A DNA stretch of 64,000 nt from positions 1,888,001 to 1,952,000 of the forward strand of contig CAWKKR010000008.1 of NCBI GenBank assembly GCA_963850305.1, read 5' to 3'. Source of the DNA: an uncultured delta proteobacterium. Its GTDB lineage: Bacteria > Myxococcota_A > Polyangia > Polyangiales > Polyangiaceae. The notes under the pieces are model-generated. The model was not told the DNA's origin. It worked only from the letters and a program-made list of their open reading frames with translations, and did no database searches. Positions 40,025 to 49,348 of the stretch are shown here, one piece after another. Both the position numbers and the translations under genes were made by a program. The number at the start of each line of letters is the position of its first letter. Position 1 is the stretch's first letter.

Positions 40025-40717
40025 CTAGGGCTTGATCACCTTCGTTCCCTTTGGCGGAACGAATTTGAATTCGTCAGGTGCCGGCTTCTTGTTGACCACA
40101 GGGTTGTCGAAATCGAACGTGTTGCGGTTACCCTGCGCATCAATGAGCATCACTCGCCGCACCTGGCTCGTCTTGGCATCGACGTAGAGGAGGATCTTTT
40201 GATAGGCGGGAGTAGGCTCCTTGGGCTCGCCAACCAGCACCCAGCCATTTTCGAACTTCGCGCGCTGGGCATCGAGCTTGTGGAGAGTAAATGAACTCTT
40301 GATGCTCGCACCGCCGAGCAGGAACGACAGGGCCGCGGGGTACTGGCTCTGTGCCATCGGCTGCTCGTACATCTGCTTGTTCTCGTCTTCGTAGACCTTG
40401 AGTGTATTGCCGTCGGCGACGACGCGGTTCCCGTTGGTGGTGTAGCGCCAGCTCATCTTCCCGGGCTTCTCGAAGACCACTCTGCCTCGGCTGTCCTTCG
40501 TTCTCTCGTATGCCTTGATCGTGAAGCGTTGCTTGAAGTCCGCCTGGAAGGTCTGAGTCTTGTCGTAGAAGGCTTGAACGCGGTCGGCGATCTTATCCGC
40601 GGACGGGTCTGCCTCGGGAGCCGCCGCCGAAGGGGTAGCGGGGGGACCGTCCGGCCCAGCGAACGCGGTCGGTGCGAGAAGGAGGACGATCGCGGCGGGG
40701 AAGAAACGGCGCTTCAT
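40025..40717 (-). CDS. lolA: Outer membrane lipoprotein carrier protein LolA
   Basis: Signal peptide; FQADFKQ, GRVVFEKPGKMSWRY, VADGNTLKVY, DAQGNRNTFDF, FKFVPPKG. Confidence 0.85.
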   Translation of the reverse strand: MKRRFFPAAIVLLLAPTAFAGPDGPPATPSAAAPEADPSADKIADRVQAFYDKTQTFQADFKQRFTIKAYERTKDSRGRVVFEKPGKMSWRYTTNGNRVVADGNTLKVYEDENKQMYEQPMAQSQYPAALSFLLGGASIKSSFTLHKLDAQRAKFENGWVLVGEPKEPTPAYQKILLYVDAKTSQVRRVMLIDAQGNRNTFDFDNPVVNKKPAPDEFKFVPPKGTKVIKP

Positions 40718-40805
40718 GGGCAGATCTATCTAGCGGAGTAGGACGCGCGCGCCGCTCAAAAGATTCGGTAGCCCACGGTAAGGCGGATTTTTCCGGTCGC
40801 GCGAC

Positions 40806-41387
40806 TCAGTGGGCGCGCCGGGCGACGGCGCTTCGGCGCGATCGGCGCCGGTTCGCGAGGAGCCGTAGCGCCGGATGATCGGGCAGGTCGGACTGCCGCG
40901 CCGCGAGAGCCCGATCGATGGGGCTCCGTCGACAATGCGTGACGGCGAGGGCGAGCGCGTCGGCGGCGTCGCTCGGGGGCGGCCGGTCGAGCGCCAGGAG
41001 AGTGCGAATCATGCGCGCGACCTGCACCTTGTCGGCGTTGCCCTTGCCGGTGATCGCTTGCTTGACCTGCGCCGGTGCGTACTCCGCAATTTCCACGCCG
41101 GCTCGCGCGAGCCCGAGGAGCACGACCCCGCGGGCATGCCCGAGCTTCGCGGCCGCCTGGACGTCGCGATGGAAAAAGAGCGTTTCCACCGACCCGACGC
41201 CCGGCGCGTAGCGGACGAGGACCTCGCGTAGTGCGGTGTCGATGATGGCGAGGCGCGCACCGAGCGAGAGCGCAGGGTCGGCGTCGATGACGCCGTGGGC
41301 GACGTGCGAGAGGAGATTCCCTTCGGCTCGAATGATGCCCCACCCGAGGTGACGCGTTCCGGGATCGATGCCGATGGCAAGCACCAC
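40806..41387 (-). CDS. ruvC: Holliday junction resolvase RuvC
   Basis: VLAIGIDPGTRHLGWG, VETLFF, KLGHARGV, EYAPAQVKQAITGKGNADK, DAADALALAVTH. Real start is GTG ~41387/41384, not 42158. Confidence 0.95.
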   Translation of the reverse strand: MVLAIGIDPGTRHLGWGIIRAEGNLLSHVAHGVIDADPALSLGARLAIIDTALREVLVRYAPGVGSVETLFFHRDVQAAAKLGHARGVVLLGLARAGVEIAEYAPAQVKQAITGKGNADKVQVARMIRTLLALDRPPPSDAADALALAVTHCRRSPIDRALAARQSDLPDHPALRLLANRRRSRRSAVARRAH

Positions 41388-41429
41388 CGCCGAATACCAG
41401 TGTTTTGCGACGATGGAAAGTTTCCCTGA

Positions 41430-41435
41430 TAGATT
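41430..41435 (+). promoter_or_regulatory. Putative -10 hexamer (TAGATT) of a leaderless-type promoter
   Basis: 6 nt upstream of GTG 41442; no SD. Confidence 0.35.
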
Positions 41436-41441
41436 TGGCGC

Positions 41442-42959
41442 GTGTCCCGCGACCCCGACGTGCTGGTGATTGGGGCGGGCCCGAACGGGCTCGTCGCTGC
41501 CTGCGTTCTCGCCAAGAAGGGGTTCCGCGTGCTGGTCGTCGAGGCGAATCCACGGCGACCAGGCGGCGCGCTCGGTTCCGAAGAAGCGACGGAACGCGGG
41601 TTCGTACACGACGTCGGCGCGGCCTTTTTTCCGTTCGGAAAGACGAGCCAAGCGTTTCGCGAGCTCGGGGTGGACGAGCACGTGAAGTGGGCCCACGCGC
41701 GCTACGAAAGTTGCCACCCGGCACCCGATGGGTCGTTTGCCTGTATCACGCGGAACCCGGAAGAGGACGGCGCCCTGTTCGGTTCGGCGCGCGACGGGGA
41801 AGCGTGGCGGAAGATCGCGGCCTGGCACAAGCGCGTCGAGCCGCAGCTGCACAGATTGCTCCTCGGGCCTTTTCCGTCGCTGGGCGCGGCGCTCGCGCTC
41901 GGTCCTTTGAATTTGCTGCGAATGGCGCGCTTGTTCGCGACGAGCGCGCGAGGTCTCGCAGAGCGTCATTTCGAAACCGTCGCGGCGCGTCGCGTGCTTC
42001 CCGGCCTCGGGTTGCACGTCGACGTCGGGCCCGACGATCATCTCGGTGCCGGTCTCGGCTACATGCTGGGGCTCGGAGCAACGACCGGTGGGTACCCGGT
42101 GCCCGTGGGCGGCGCGCAGCGCATCACGGACGCTCTCGTCCGTATCCTGGAGGCGCACGGGGGGCGCCTGCGCCTGGGCGCGCGCGTGACCCGCGTCGTC
42201 GTGCAGGGTGGGCGGGCGTCAGCGGCGATCCTGGATGGCGGCGAGGAGATTGCCGTCGGTCGGGCCGTGCTCGCGGATACAGCGCCGCGGGCCCTGCTGC
42301 TCGACCTCATCGAGCGGACACACGTGCCGGCGAGCGTCGCGCGAAGACTCGCGAAGTTCGAGCAAGGCTGGGGCACGTTCAAGGTCGACTGGGCGTTGAC
42401 CGGGCCCGTGCCCTGGACGCTCGGCGCCGCGAGCGAGAGCGCGGTCGTCCACGCCGGTGACAGCGTGGACGATCTCTCCCGGTTCACGCGCGAGGTTCGG
42501 GGTGGCCGGTTGCCGGAACGGCCATATCTCGTAATCGGACAACAGAGTTTGCCGGATCCGTCTCGGGCGCCCGAGGGACACGCGACACTTTGGGCCTACA
42601 CGCACGTACCCGCCCGCACGGAGGGGGGGTGGGCCGCGCACCGCGAGACGTTCGCGGACTCGATCGATGCGCGCATCGAGGAGCTTGCACCAGGGTTTCG
42701 CGCGCGCGTCCGCGCCCGTCGCATCGTGACCCCTGACGACTTGCAGAGGATGGACGAAAACCTCGTCGGGGGCGACCTCGGTGGGGGCTCGAACGCCTGG
42801 AACCATCAGCTCCTATTTCGCCCGCTATTCCCTTATTTCCGGTACCGCATGCCGATATGCGGCCTGTACCTCTGTTCGAGTTATGCGCATCCGGGGGGCG
42901 GCGTCCACGGCATGTGCGGTTACAACGCGGCGTACGCAGCATTGCGTGACGTCGGATGA
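41442..42959 (+). CDS. FAD-dependent oxidoreductase, phytoene dehydrogenase-related family
   Basis: VIGAGPNGL, GFVHD, PVGGAQRITDAL, DPSRAPEG, NLVGGD, LYLCSSYAHPGGGVHGMCGYNAA. Confidence 0.85.
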   Translation: MSRDPDVLVIGAGPNGLVAACVLAKKGFRVLVVEANPRRPGGALGSEEATERGFVHDVGAAFFPFGKTSQAFRELGVDEHVKWAHARYESCHPAPDGSFACITRNPEEDGALFGSARDGEAWRKIAAWHKRVEPQLHRLLLGPFPSLGAALALGPLNLLRMARLFATSARGLAERHFETVAARRVLPGLGLHVDVGPDDHLGAGLGYMLGLGATTGGYPVPVGGAQRITDALVRILEAHGGRLRLGARVTRVVVQGGRASAAILDGGEEIAVGRAVLADTAPRALLLDLIERTHVPASVARRLAKFEQGWGTFKVDWALTGPVPWTLGAASESAVVHAGDSVDDLSRFTREVRGGRLPERPYLVIGQQSLPDPSRAPEGHATLWAYTHVPARTEGGWAAHRETFADSIDARIEELAPGFRARVRARRIVTPDDLQRMDENLVGGDLGGGSNAWNHQLLFRPLFPYFRYRMPICGLYLCSSYAHPGGGVHGMCGYNAAYAALRDVG

Positions 42960-43061
42960 TCGTTTGATCACGCGGCGCCTCGTCGGCGGCGCGCGTCACT
43001 GTTGCCTTCGCGCGATGGTTGCGCCCGCATCGTTGCACGGGCTACGTTGCCGATCGCACGC

Positions 43062-43685
43062 ATGATGGAGCGAACGTCGTCGCGGATGGACTCGCTCCGG
43101 GCCCCGAGCGGGCGCGCCCATTTCAAAGGCGCAGTACTCAAAGAGCTGGGCCCGTGGCTCCAGAGGGTCTTCGGTAGCGACGCGGTTCGCCGCGCCTTCG
43201 ACGCAGTACCGGAGGATTTGAGGCGTGGGCTCGATGTGTCCGCGGCGGGTTTCGGCGCGCTGCCATCAGGTTGGTACGACGCTCGATTGTATCAAACCCT
43301 CTTCGACTCATTGATCGAGCACCAGTCCGGCCGTGACCGGACCGCGCTCGCCGAGGACGCGGCTCGCGTAGTCCTGGGCGAAACCCTACAAGGCATCTAT
43401 AAACGCCTCTTCGCCCTGATGGCGACGCCTCCACTTTACGCACGCTACGCCCAGAAGATGTGGGACACGCACTACGATACCGGTGAAGTTACGATCGAAC
43501 ACGAGGCCCCGATGGTCGCGCGTCACACGGTCTCGCGCTGGGCAGGCCACCACCCCTTCGCGTGCGCGGTGAACCGGGCGAGCGGCAGAGTGATCTACGA
43601 AATGATGGGCCAGAAGAATGTCCGGATCCTGCGTGAGCGGTGCTCGCCTCCCGTCTGCGAGGCCCTCTACTCCTGGACGGGCTGA
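43062..43685 (+). CDS. Myxobacterial conserved protein, DUF2378/4VR-like
   Basis: FKGAVL, LPSGWY, WDTHYDTG and C-terminal FACAV...ERC...CEALYSW resemble a family expanded in myxobacteria. Confidence 0.5.
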   Translation: MMERTSSRMDSLRAPSGRAHFKGAVLKELGPWLQRVFGSDAVRRAFDAVPEDLRRGLDVSAAGFGALPSGWYDARLYQTLFDSLIEHQSGRDRTALAEDAARVVLGETLQGIYKRLFALMATPPLYARYAQKMWDTHYDTGEVTIEHEAPMVARHTVSRWAGHHPFACAVNRASGRVIYEMMGQKNVRILRERCSPPVCEALYSWTG

Positions 43686-43727
43686 GTTCTCGAGTGGCGC
43701 GCCCCGTGAGGTGCTATGCGGGGACGC

Positions 43728-44135
43728 ATGCCGCTCACGGGAAAGCAGCGACAACATCTTCGCGCCCTGGCGCACCATCTCGAATCCGTCGTGCAGGTCG
43801 GGTACGACGGAGCGACGGAGGGCGTTATCGCCCAGATCGACGAAGCCCTCGACGCCCACGAACTTCTCAAGGTGCGGATCTCGAGCGAATGTCCGCAGGA
43901 TCGGTATGACCTCGCCAAGGCGATTGCCTTGGGAGCTCGCGCGGAAATCGTCCAGATCATAGGGCGCGTGGTCGTCGCGTTCCGGCGCCGCCCGAGGAAG
44001 ACCAAGGTGGTCCTTCCGACCCGGAGCGGCGCCGTGCCACGTTCGCGGGATAAGTCGGGCTCCAAGGGTCGCCCGCCGCGGAAACGTGCGGGGAAGGCCG
44101 TTTCGCGTCGAGAAGCGCGGCCGAAGGTGAAGTAG
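43728..44135 (+). CDS. yhbY: YhbY/CRM-domain RNA-binding protein with basic C-terminal tail
   Basis: LTGKQRQHLRALAHHL, VQVG, ALDAHELLKVRI, VQIIGRVVVAFR. Confidence 0.85.
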   Translation: MPLTGKQRQHLRALAHHLESVVQVGYDGATEGVIAQIDEALDAHELLKVRISSECPQDRYDLAKAIALGARAEIVQIIGRVVVAFRRRPRKTKVVLPTRSGAVPRSRDKSGSKGRPPRKRAGKAVSRREARPKVK

Positions 44136-44148
44136 GCTCGCGGCTCCG

Positions 44149-44712
44149 ATGGCAGAAAAAGTCGCGCGCGCACAGGGGGAAGGTCACCTGGTCTGGCTGG
44201 ATCTGGAGATGACCGGACTCGATCCGGCGGCCGATGTGATTCTTCAGGCTGCGCTCGTCATCACGACGAGGGAGCTCGTCGTGCTCGAGGAGTACGCGTG
44301 CGACGTGTGGCAACCGGATGCCGTACTCGAAAGGATGACGCCGTTCGTCCGCGACATGCACGAGAAGAACGGCCTCATCGATCGCGTGCGGGCATCCAAG
44401 CTCGAGATTGCGTCGGCCGAGAAGCGGCTGATCGAGCGCGTCACCGGCTGGTGCACTTACCCCGCCGTGTTGTGCGGCAACAGCGTGGGTCAGGACAAAC
44501 GATTCGTCGACCGGTGGATGCCTGGCCTCTCCGGGTATCTGAGCTACCGAATCGTGGATGTGAGCTCGGTCAAGATCCTATCCAAGCTCTGGTACGGGGA
44601 GGCTGCGGTTTTCAAGAAGAGCGACGAGGGCGAACACGACGCCCTGGTCGATATCCGGAACTCGATTGCGGAGCTCCGTCACTACCGCGCCAGCCTCTTC
44701 AAGCCGGCATGA
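44149..44712 (+). CDS. orn: Oligoribonuclease (DEDDh)
   Basis: LVWLDLEMTGLD, MHEKNGL, CGNSVGQDKRF, YRIVDVSSVK, HDALVDIRNSIAEL. Confidence 0.9.
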   Translation: MAEKVARAQGEGHLVWLDLEMTGLDPAADVILQAALVITTRELVVLEEYACDVWQPDAVLERMTPFVRDMHEKNGLIDRVRASKLEIASAEKRLIERVTGWCTYPAVLCGNSVGQDKRFVDRWMPGLSGYLSYRIVDVSSVKILSKLWYGEAAVFKKSDEGEHDALVDIRNSIAELRHYRASLFKPA

Positions 44713-44733
44713 CCGGGCGGCCTGCGCCCTTGC

Positions 44734-46164
44734 TCAGCACGCGCGATGTCCGCTCGGCGCGAAGATCTTGCCTGGATTGAGAAGCCCCTGCGGATCGAAG
44801 GTACGCTTGAGGTCGCGTTCGAGCAGGATGAGATCCTCGGGCTGCTCGATCGACAGATACGGCGCCTTGGTGATTCCGATGCCGTGCTCGCCCGACAGTG
44901 TGCCCCCGAGCTCGATCACGTCCCGAAACAGCTGCTCGACGCTGCGGTCGACCGCGGGGCGCTCCGCGTCTTCGTTCCAGAGGTAGTTGACGTGCAGATT
45001 CCCGTCCCCCGCGTGTCCGTACGCGAGCGACCTTACCCCGGACCGTGCGCTCTCCTTCGTCACGCGATCCAGTAGCTCGGCCAACCGATTTCGGGGCACG
45101 ACGACATCCTCCGCGATCTTCTTTTTTGCCATGCGCCGGACGGTGTGACTCATGTCGCGCCGCGCAGCCCAGAGCCTTTCGCGCTGGGCGCCTTCGCGCG
45201 CCACCACGAGCTCGAGCGCGTGGACGTCTTCGAGTGCACCGGCGATGCGTTCCGCCTGCGCTTCGCAATCGCGTTCGTGACCGTCCACTTCGAGGATCAA
45301 CAAGGCGCGGGCCGTCTCGGCGATCGCATTGCCGGCGGCACGCATCGCAGAGAGCGTGCTTTCGTCCAGAAACTCGATGCACCGCGGAGTTACCCCGGCT
45401 TCGAGCACGTTGCCTACGGCCCGCATCGCCTGGGCGGAACTCTCGAACAGCGCGAGCAGCGTCGCCACGGCGGGCGGGTTTGGAATGAGCTTCAACGTCG
45501 CCTGCCCGAGCACCGCGAGCGTCCCCTCGCTTCCGACGAGCAGCGACGTGACATCGTACCCGGTGACGCCCTTCATCGTGCGTCGGCCCGCGAAGAAATG
45601 CTGCCCACCGACGAGAAACGCATCCACGCCGAGCACGTAGTCCCGCGTGACGCCGTATTTGAACGCACGGGGTCCGCCCGCGTTCTCGGCGAGATTGCCT
45701 CCGAGCGTGCACGACGCGAGGGAGTTCGGATCCGGTGGATAGAAGAGCCCTTCGGCCTCTGCCGCGGCATGGAGATCGGCAAGCACCACTCCCGGCTCGA
45801 CGACCGCGACGCGCTCGCGTCGATCGATGTGCTGGATCCGGTTCATGCCGACGATCGAAAGCACGATCCCGCCGTACACGGCCGTGGCGCCTCCGGTGCG
45901 GCCCGTTCCGGCTGCGCGTGGCGTCACCGGTACTCCCGTCTCGCGAGATACGGCGAGCGTCCGCAGGATGTCGGCCGGCGTTTCTGCGAGGACGACTGCG
46001 TCTGGCGTTCGGCCCGGGACCCCCGAGTCATCCGTGGCGAAACGCTCGCAAGCGTCGCGGTCGTCGAGCACTTTTGACGGACCGATTGCGCGTACGAGCA
46101 GCACTTTCGCTCTCTCGCGAGCTGCCGCCGAGGGGGGTGCCATCGAGTCGACTCCGGACTCCAC
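44734..46164 (-). CDS. FAD-linked oxidase, GlcD/D-2-hydroxyacid dehydrogenase family
   Basis: PRAAGTG, YPPDPNS, GGNLAENAGG, KYGVT, GYD...GSEGTL, GHAGDGNLH, SGEHGIG, NPGKIF. Start GTG 46164 or ATG 46143. Confidence 0.9.
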   Translation of the reverse strand: MESGVDSMAPPSAAARERAKVLLVRAIGPSKVLDDRDACERFATDDSGVPGRTPDAVVLAETPADILRTLAVSRETGVPVTPRAAGTGRTGGATAVYGGIVLSIVGMNRIQHIDRRERVAVVEPGVVLADLHAAAEAEGLFYPPDPNSLASCTLGGNLAENAGGPRAFKYGVTRDYVLGVDAFLVGGQHFFAGRRTMKGVTGYDVTSLLVGSEGTLAVLGQATLKLIPNPPAVATLLALFESSAQAMRAVGNVLEAGVTPRCIEFLDESTLSAMRAAGNAIAETARALLILEVDGHERDCEAQAERIAGALEDVHALELVVAREGAQRERLWAARRDMSHTVRRMAKKKIAEDVVVPRNRLAELLDRVTKESARSGVRSLAYGHAGDGNLHVNYLWNEDAERPAVDRSVEQLFRDVIELGGTLSGEHGIGITKAPYLSIEQPEDLILLERDLKRTFDPQGLLNPGKIFAPSGHRAC

Positions 46165-46170
46165 GGACGA

Positions 46171-46176
46171 ATCGTA
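46171..46176 (-). promoter_or_regulatory. Putative -10 hexamer (TACGAT) of a leaderless-type promoter
   Basis: 6 nt upstream of the in-frame GTG 46164 on the minus strand. Confidence 0.3.
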
Positions 46177-46218
46177 GCGCCGCGTCACGCCGGAGGGTAG
46201 AGAACTCGCGGAGGGCAC

Positions 46219-47587
46219 ATGAAAGCGATCGATCCCAGTACAGCGAGCTTGATTGCCGAATATCCCGATCACGATCGACCCGAGGTCGAGCGCCGGCTCT
46301 CCCGATCGGAGCGGGCCTTCTCGAGCTGGAAGCGGTCTTCGCTCGACGACCGCACTGCGCGGCTTCGCCGGGCGGCCGCCTGTTTTCGGCGCCAGAAAAG
46401 CGAACTCGCCGGCCTCATGGCTTGCGAGATGGGGAAGCCCATCAAACAGGGCATCGGAGAAGTGGAAAAGTGCGCGACCGCGTGCGACTACTTCGCCGAG
46501 AACGCCAGCCGGTTTCTAGAGGACCAAAGCGTCGCAACGGAGGCACAAAAAACATTCGTTGCGTTCCGACCACTCGGGGTCGTTCTCGCGATCATGCCGT
46601 GGAACTTTCCCTTGTGGCAGGTCGTGCGGTTTGCCGTTCCGGCGCTCGCGGCGGGCAACGTCGGACTGCTGAAGCACGCGCCGAACGTTCCGGGTTGCTC
46701 GCTTGCGCTCGAGCGTCTGTTTCTGGATGCCGGATTCCCGGAAGGGGTCTTCCAGGCCCTGCTCGTGGATGAATCCGTCACGGGCGACCTGATCGAAGAT
46801 CACCGGGTCGTGGCGGTGACGCTGACCGGCAGCACGCGCGCGGGGCGCGCCGTCGCGGCGCGCGCAGGACACGCCCTCAAGCGTGTCGTGCTCGAGCTCG
46901 GTGGAAGCGACCCGTATGTCGTTCTGTCGGACGCCGACGTGGAGCGCGCTGCAGCGATTCTCGGTCGCGGCGCGTCTGGTCAACGGCGGCCAGAGCTGCA
47001 TCGCCGGCAAGCGCTTCGTCGTCGAATGCAGCGTGTATGGAGCTTTCGAAGAGCTCTTCGTGCGGGGCATGCGCCGGGCGGTCGTCGGCGATCCTCGCGA
47101 CCCGTCCACGGAAGTGGGTCCAGTCGCGCGCACCGATCTCAGGGACGCGCTCCACGACCAAGTGCGGGCGAGCATCGAGCGCGGTGCGCGCCTGCTTCTG
47201 GGGGGCGAGGTCCCGGGCAGAGCGGGCGCCTGGTATCCGCCCACGGTGCTCGCGAACGTGCGCCCCGGGATGCCTGCATTCGACGAAGAGCTGTTCGGTC
47301 CGGTCGGCGCTCTAGTGAAGGCAGAGGACGATCGAGAGGCTGTCCAATTGGCCAACACGACCCATTTCGGACTCGGCGCGGCGGTGTTCACCAGAGACGT
47401 TGCCCGCGGCGAGCGGCTCGCGAGAGACGAAATCGATGCTGGCTCCTGCTTCGTGAACGCGCAGGTTCGATCGGACCCGCGCCTGCCCTTCGGCGGAATC
47501 AAAGACTCGGGTTATGGCCGCGAGCTGTCTCTTTTCGGGCTCCGCGAGTTCATGAACGTGAAGACGGTCTGGGTCGACGCTTCCTGA
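46219..47587 (+). CDS. NAD(P)-dependent succinate-semialdehyde dehydrogenase (GabD1/Sad type; apparent +1 frameshift at ~46958)
   Basis: IMPWNFP, LKHA, TLTGSTRAG and LELGGSDP in one frame; NGGQSCIAGKR (catalytic Cys), EELFGPV and PFGGIKDSGYGRE in the next. Confidence 0.9.
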
Positions 47588-47672
47588 AGCCTCGCGGAAT
47601 TCGTCGTCAACGGTCGTCCTTTTGCACCGAAAGGCTTGAATGGTGGGCCTTCTCGGAGAAACTATCGCGCCC

Positions 47673-48563
47673 ATGAGTCAGCGACGGTCTCGATCCGCTC
47701 CCTGGGGACTGGCCGTTGCCGTCGTGATCGGCGCCGTGCTGGTTCTCGGCGGCTTTTTTGCGGTGCGCGCGCATTCAAGGGACACGGTGGACCCGTCGGC
47801 ATCCGCTTCGGCCGCCTCAGCTCTCGAGGCGCTGCTGGCTGCGCCAGCGGCGACCGGTGCAGGCGCCTCGAGTGACCCGGCGCGATCTCGCGACTTGATT
47901 CTGTCGAAGAAGACGCTGGCAGACGCCATCGCTGTCGCAAGACCGCTGATGGTGAACACCGTGGGACGTGTAGACACCGGTTCTGCGCTCTTCGCACTCT
48001 GGGCGTCGCGAGGGCTCACGTGGGAAGCGCTCGACGCCCTGCCGGAGACGACCCCGGCGCTGTTTCGCAAAGATCCCGACTCCGAGCGCGGACGGAGGTT
48101 GTGCATCTCGGGGACGATCCTCGAGATTCGTGCCGAGAAGACCCTGGCAGAGCGCGTGCTCGACGACAGGCCGCGCCCGCTCGTCGTGAGGGCACCCGTC
48201 GAGTCTCCATCGCTTCCGATGCCGGAGCTCCCTGCAGCGTCGGCGTCTGCAGGGGCGCCCGAGATCCTCGAGCCCACCATCGATTTCTCGATCCCCAGCG
48301 ATGGCAAGGTCTACGTCGCGACCATCCGCGCGAAGGTGGAGGAACCGGCCGGAGCGCATCCGGCCTCCGAAAAGGATGCGCTCGTAGCCGAGGTGATCGC
48401 AGTGAAGAGCACTGGCGCCCTCGTCGACGGTAGCGAGGCGCGAGCTTGTGGAGTGCTGACCGGGGTCACCCTGCCGCCAAGCGATGCGGCGAATTCGCTC
48501 GGAGACGTGACCGAACACCGTATCGTCGGCATGTTCGACCTGCCCGAGAATCACGGGAGCTGA
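47673..48563 (+). CDS. Hypothetical protein with N-terminal membrane anchor
   Basis: TM GLAVAVVIGAVLVLGGFFAV, Ala-rich linker, globular part with KDPDSERG.RLCISG; no family recognised. Confidence 0.55.
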   Translation: MSQRRSRSAPWGLAVAVVIGAVLVLGGFFAVRAHSRDTVDPSASASAASALEALLAAPAATGAGASSDPARSRDLILSKKTLADAIAVARPLMVNTVGRVDTGSALFALWASRGLTWEALDALPETTPALFRKDPDSERGRRLCISGTILEIRAEKTLAERVLDDRPRPLVVRAPVESPSLPMPELPAASASAGAPEILEPTIDFSIPSDGKVYVATIRAKVEEPAGAHPASEKDALVAEVIAVKSTGALVDGSEARACGVLTGVTLPPSDAANSLGDVTEHRIVGMFDLPENHGS

Positions 48564-48576
48564 GCGTCTGCTCAGC

Positions 48577-49326
48577 TCAGTCGACCGCGACCACCTCGAT
48601 CTCGATCGCCCGTCCGCCGACCGACAGCGAAAGAATGGTCCCTCGGGTTGTCCCGAGCAGCGCCTTGGCTACCGGGCTTCCCATGGGGACGATCCGGATT
48701 TCTCCTGCCGGTCCCGCAGGCGCCCCCACGAACACCTCGTGCTCCGTGCCGTCGTCGATGTGTCGATAACGGACGCGTGAGCCGGCGGCCGCGCGCGCCG
48801 CGCTCGGCGGTGGCGCGGCGGTTTTTCGAGCGGCATCCTCTCCGGATCGACGGATGACCGACGGTGCGTCCCTCCGTGCGCGCGCTTTCAGATCGGAGTC
48901 CAGAGGATTGTCGCGCGCGCGGGTCGCACGGTGTCGTGCCATCGGATCCGCGAGTCCACGCGGTGCGGCGGCCTGGCGATCCAGACTAATTCCCCCGTCG
49001 ATCAGGTCTGCAACGACCGAGGCCAGGGCTTCATCCCCGGTTACCCTCGCGGCGCGCGAGAGTGTCAATGCTGCGACCTTCGCGACCGAAAGATCGGGGT
49101 GGGGGCGCCCCGCCGTCTTCGACACGTAATCTCTCACGTCGCGCGTCGCAAACTCCGCGCCGATCTCCCCCGGTCGGATGGCCACCGAGTACGCGCGAGC
49201 GATCGCGAGCGACACGGCTTTCCGACATTCGTCCAACGTTTTCATGAGCTCGCAGGATTCTCGCGCTGTGCCGATGGAAGCCGGGGCGCAGTCTGATTCC
49301 GTGTTAGCCTTCTCCACAACTTTCAA
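48577..49326 (-). CDS. Protein with C-terminal GreA/GreB-type domain
   Basis: C-terminus GSRVRYRH...EVFVG...IVPMGSPVAKALLGTTRGTILSLSVGGRAIEIEVVAVD matches the GreA/GreB C-terminal pattern. N-terminus unrecognised; start may be ATG 49245. Confidence 0.55.
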   Translation of the reverse strand: MKVVEKANTESDCAPASIGTARESCELMKTLDECRKAVSLAIARAYSVAIRPGEIGAEFATRDVRDYVSKTAGRPHPDLSVAKVAALTLSRAARVTGDEALASVVADLIDGGISLDRQAAAPRGLADPMARHRATRARDNPLDSDLKARARRDAPSVIRRSGEDAARKTAAPPPSAARAAAGSRVRYRHIDDGTEHEVFVGAPAGPAGEIRIVPMGSPVAKALLGTTRGTILSLSVGGRAIEIEVVAVD

Positions 49327-49348
49327 CTAACAAGAGGGCTCGTCATCA

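Noticed and set aside
40806..42158. 450-aa RuvC with a long N-terminal extension or a transposon-type RuvC nuclease
   Set aside because: The extension is the antisense shadow of the FAD oxidoreductase. The RuvC motifs start at ~41387 and are canonical resolvase type.
41442..42959. Carotenoid biosynthesis (crtI)
   Set aside because: It belongs to the broad phytoene-dehydrogenase-related family, but no crtB/crtE or other crt genes are nearby.
28640..46965. Programmed ribosomal frameshifting or phase variation at the split genes
   Set aside because: No slippery heptamer or long homopolymer/SSR at the junctions; the runs are only 2-3 nt, which fits sequencing error better.
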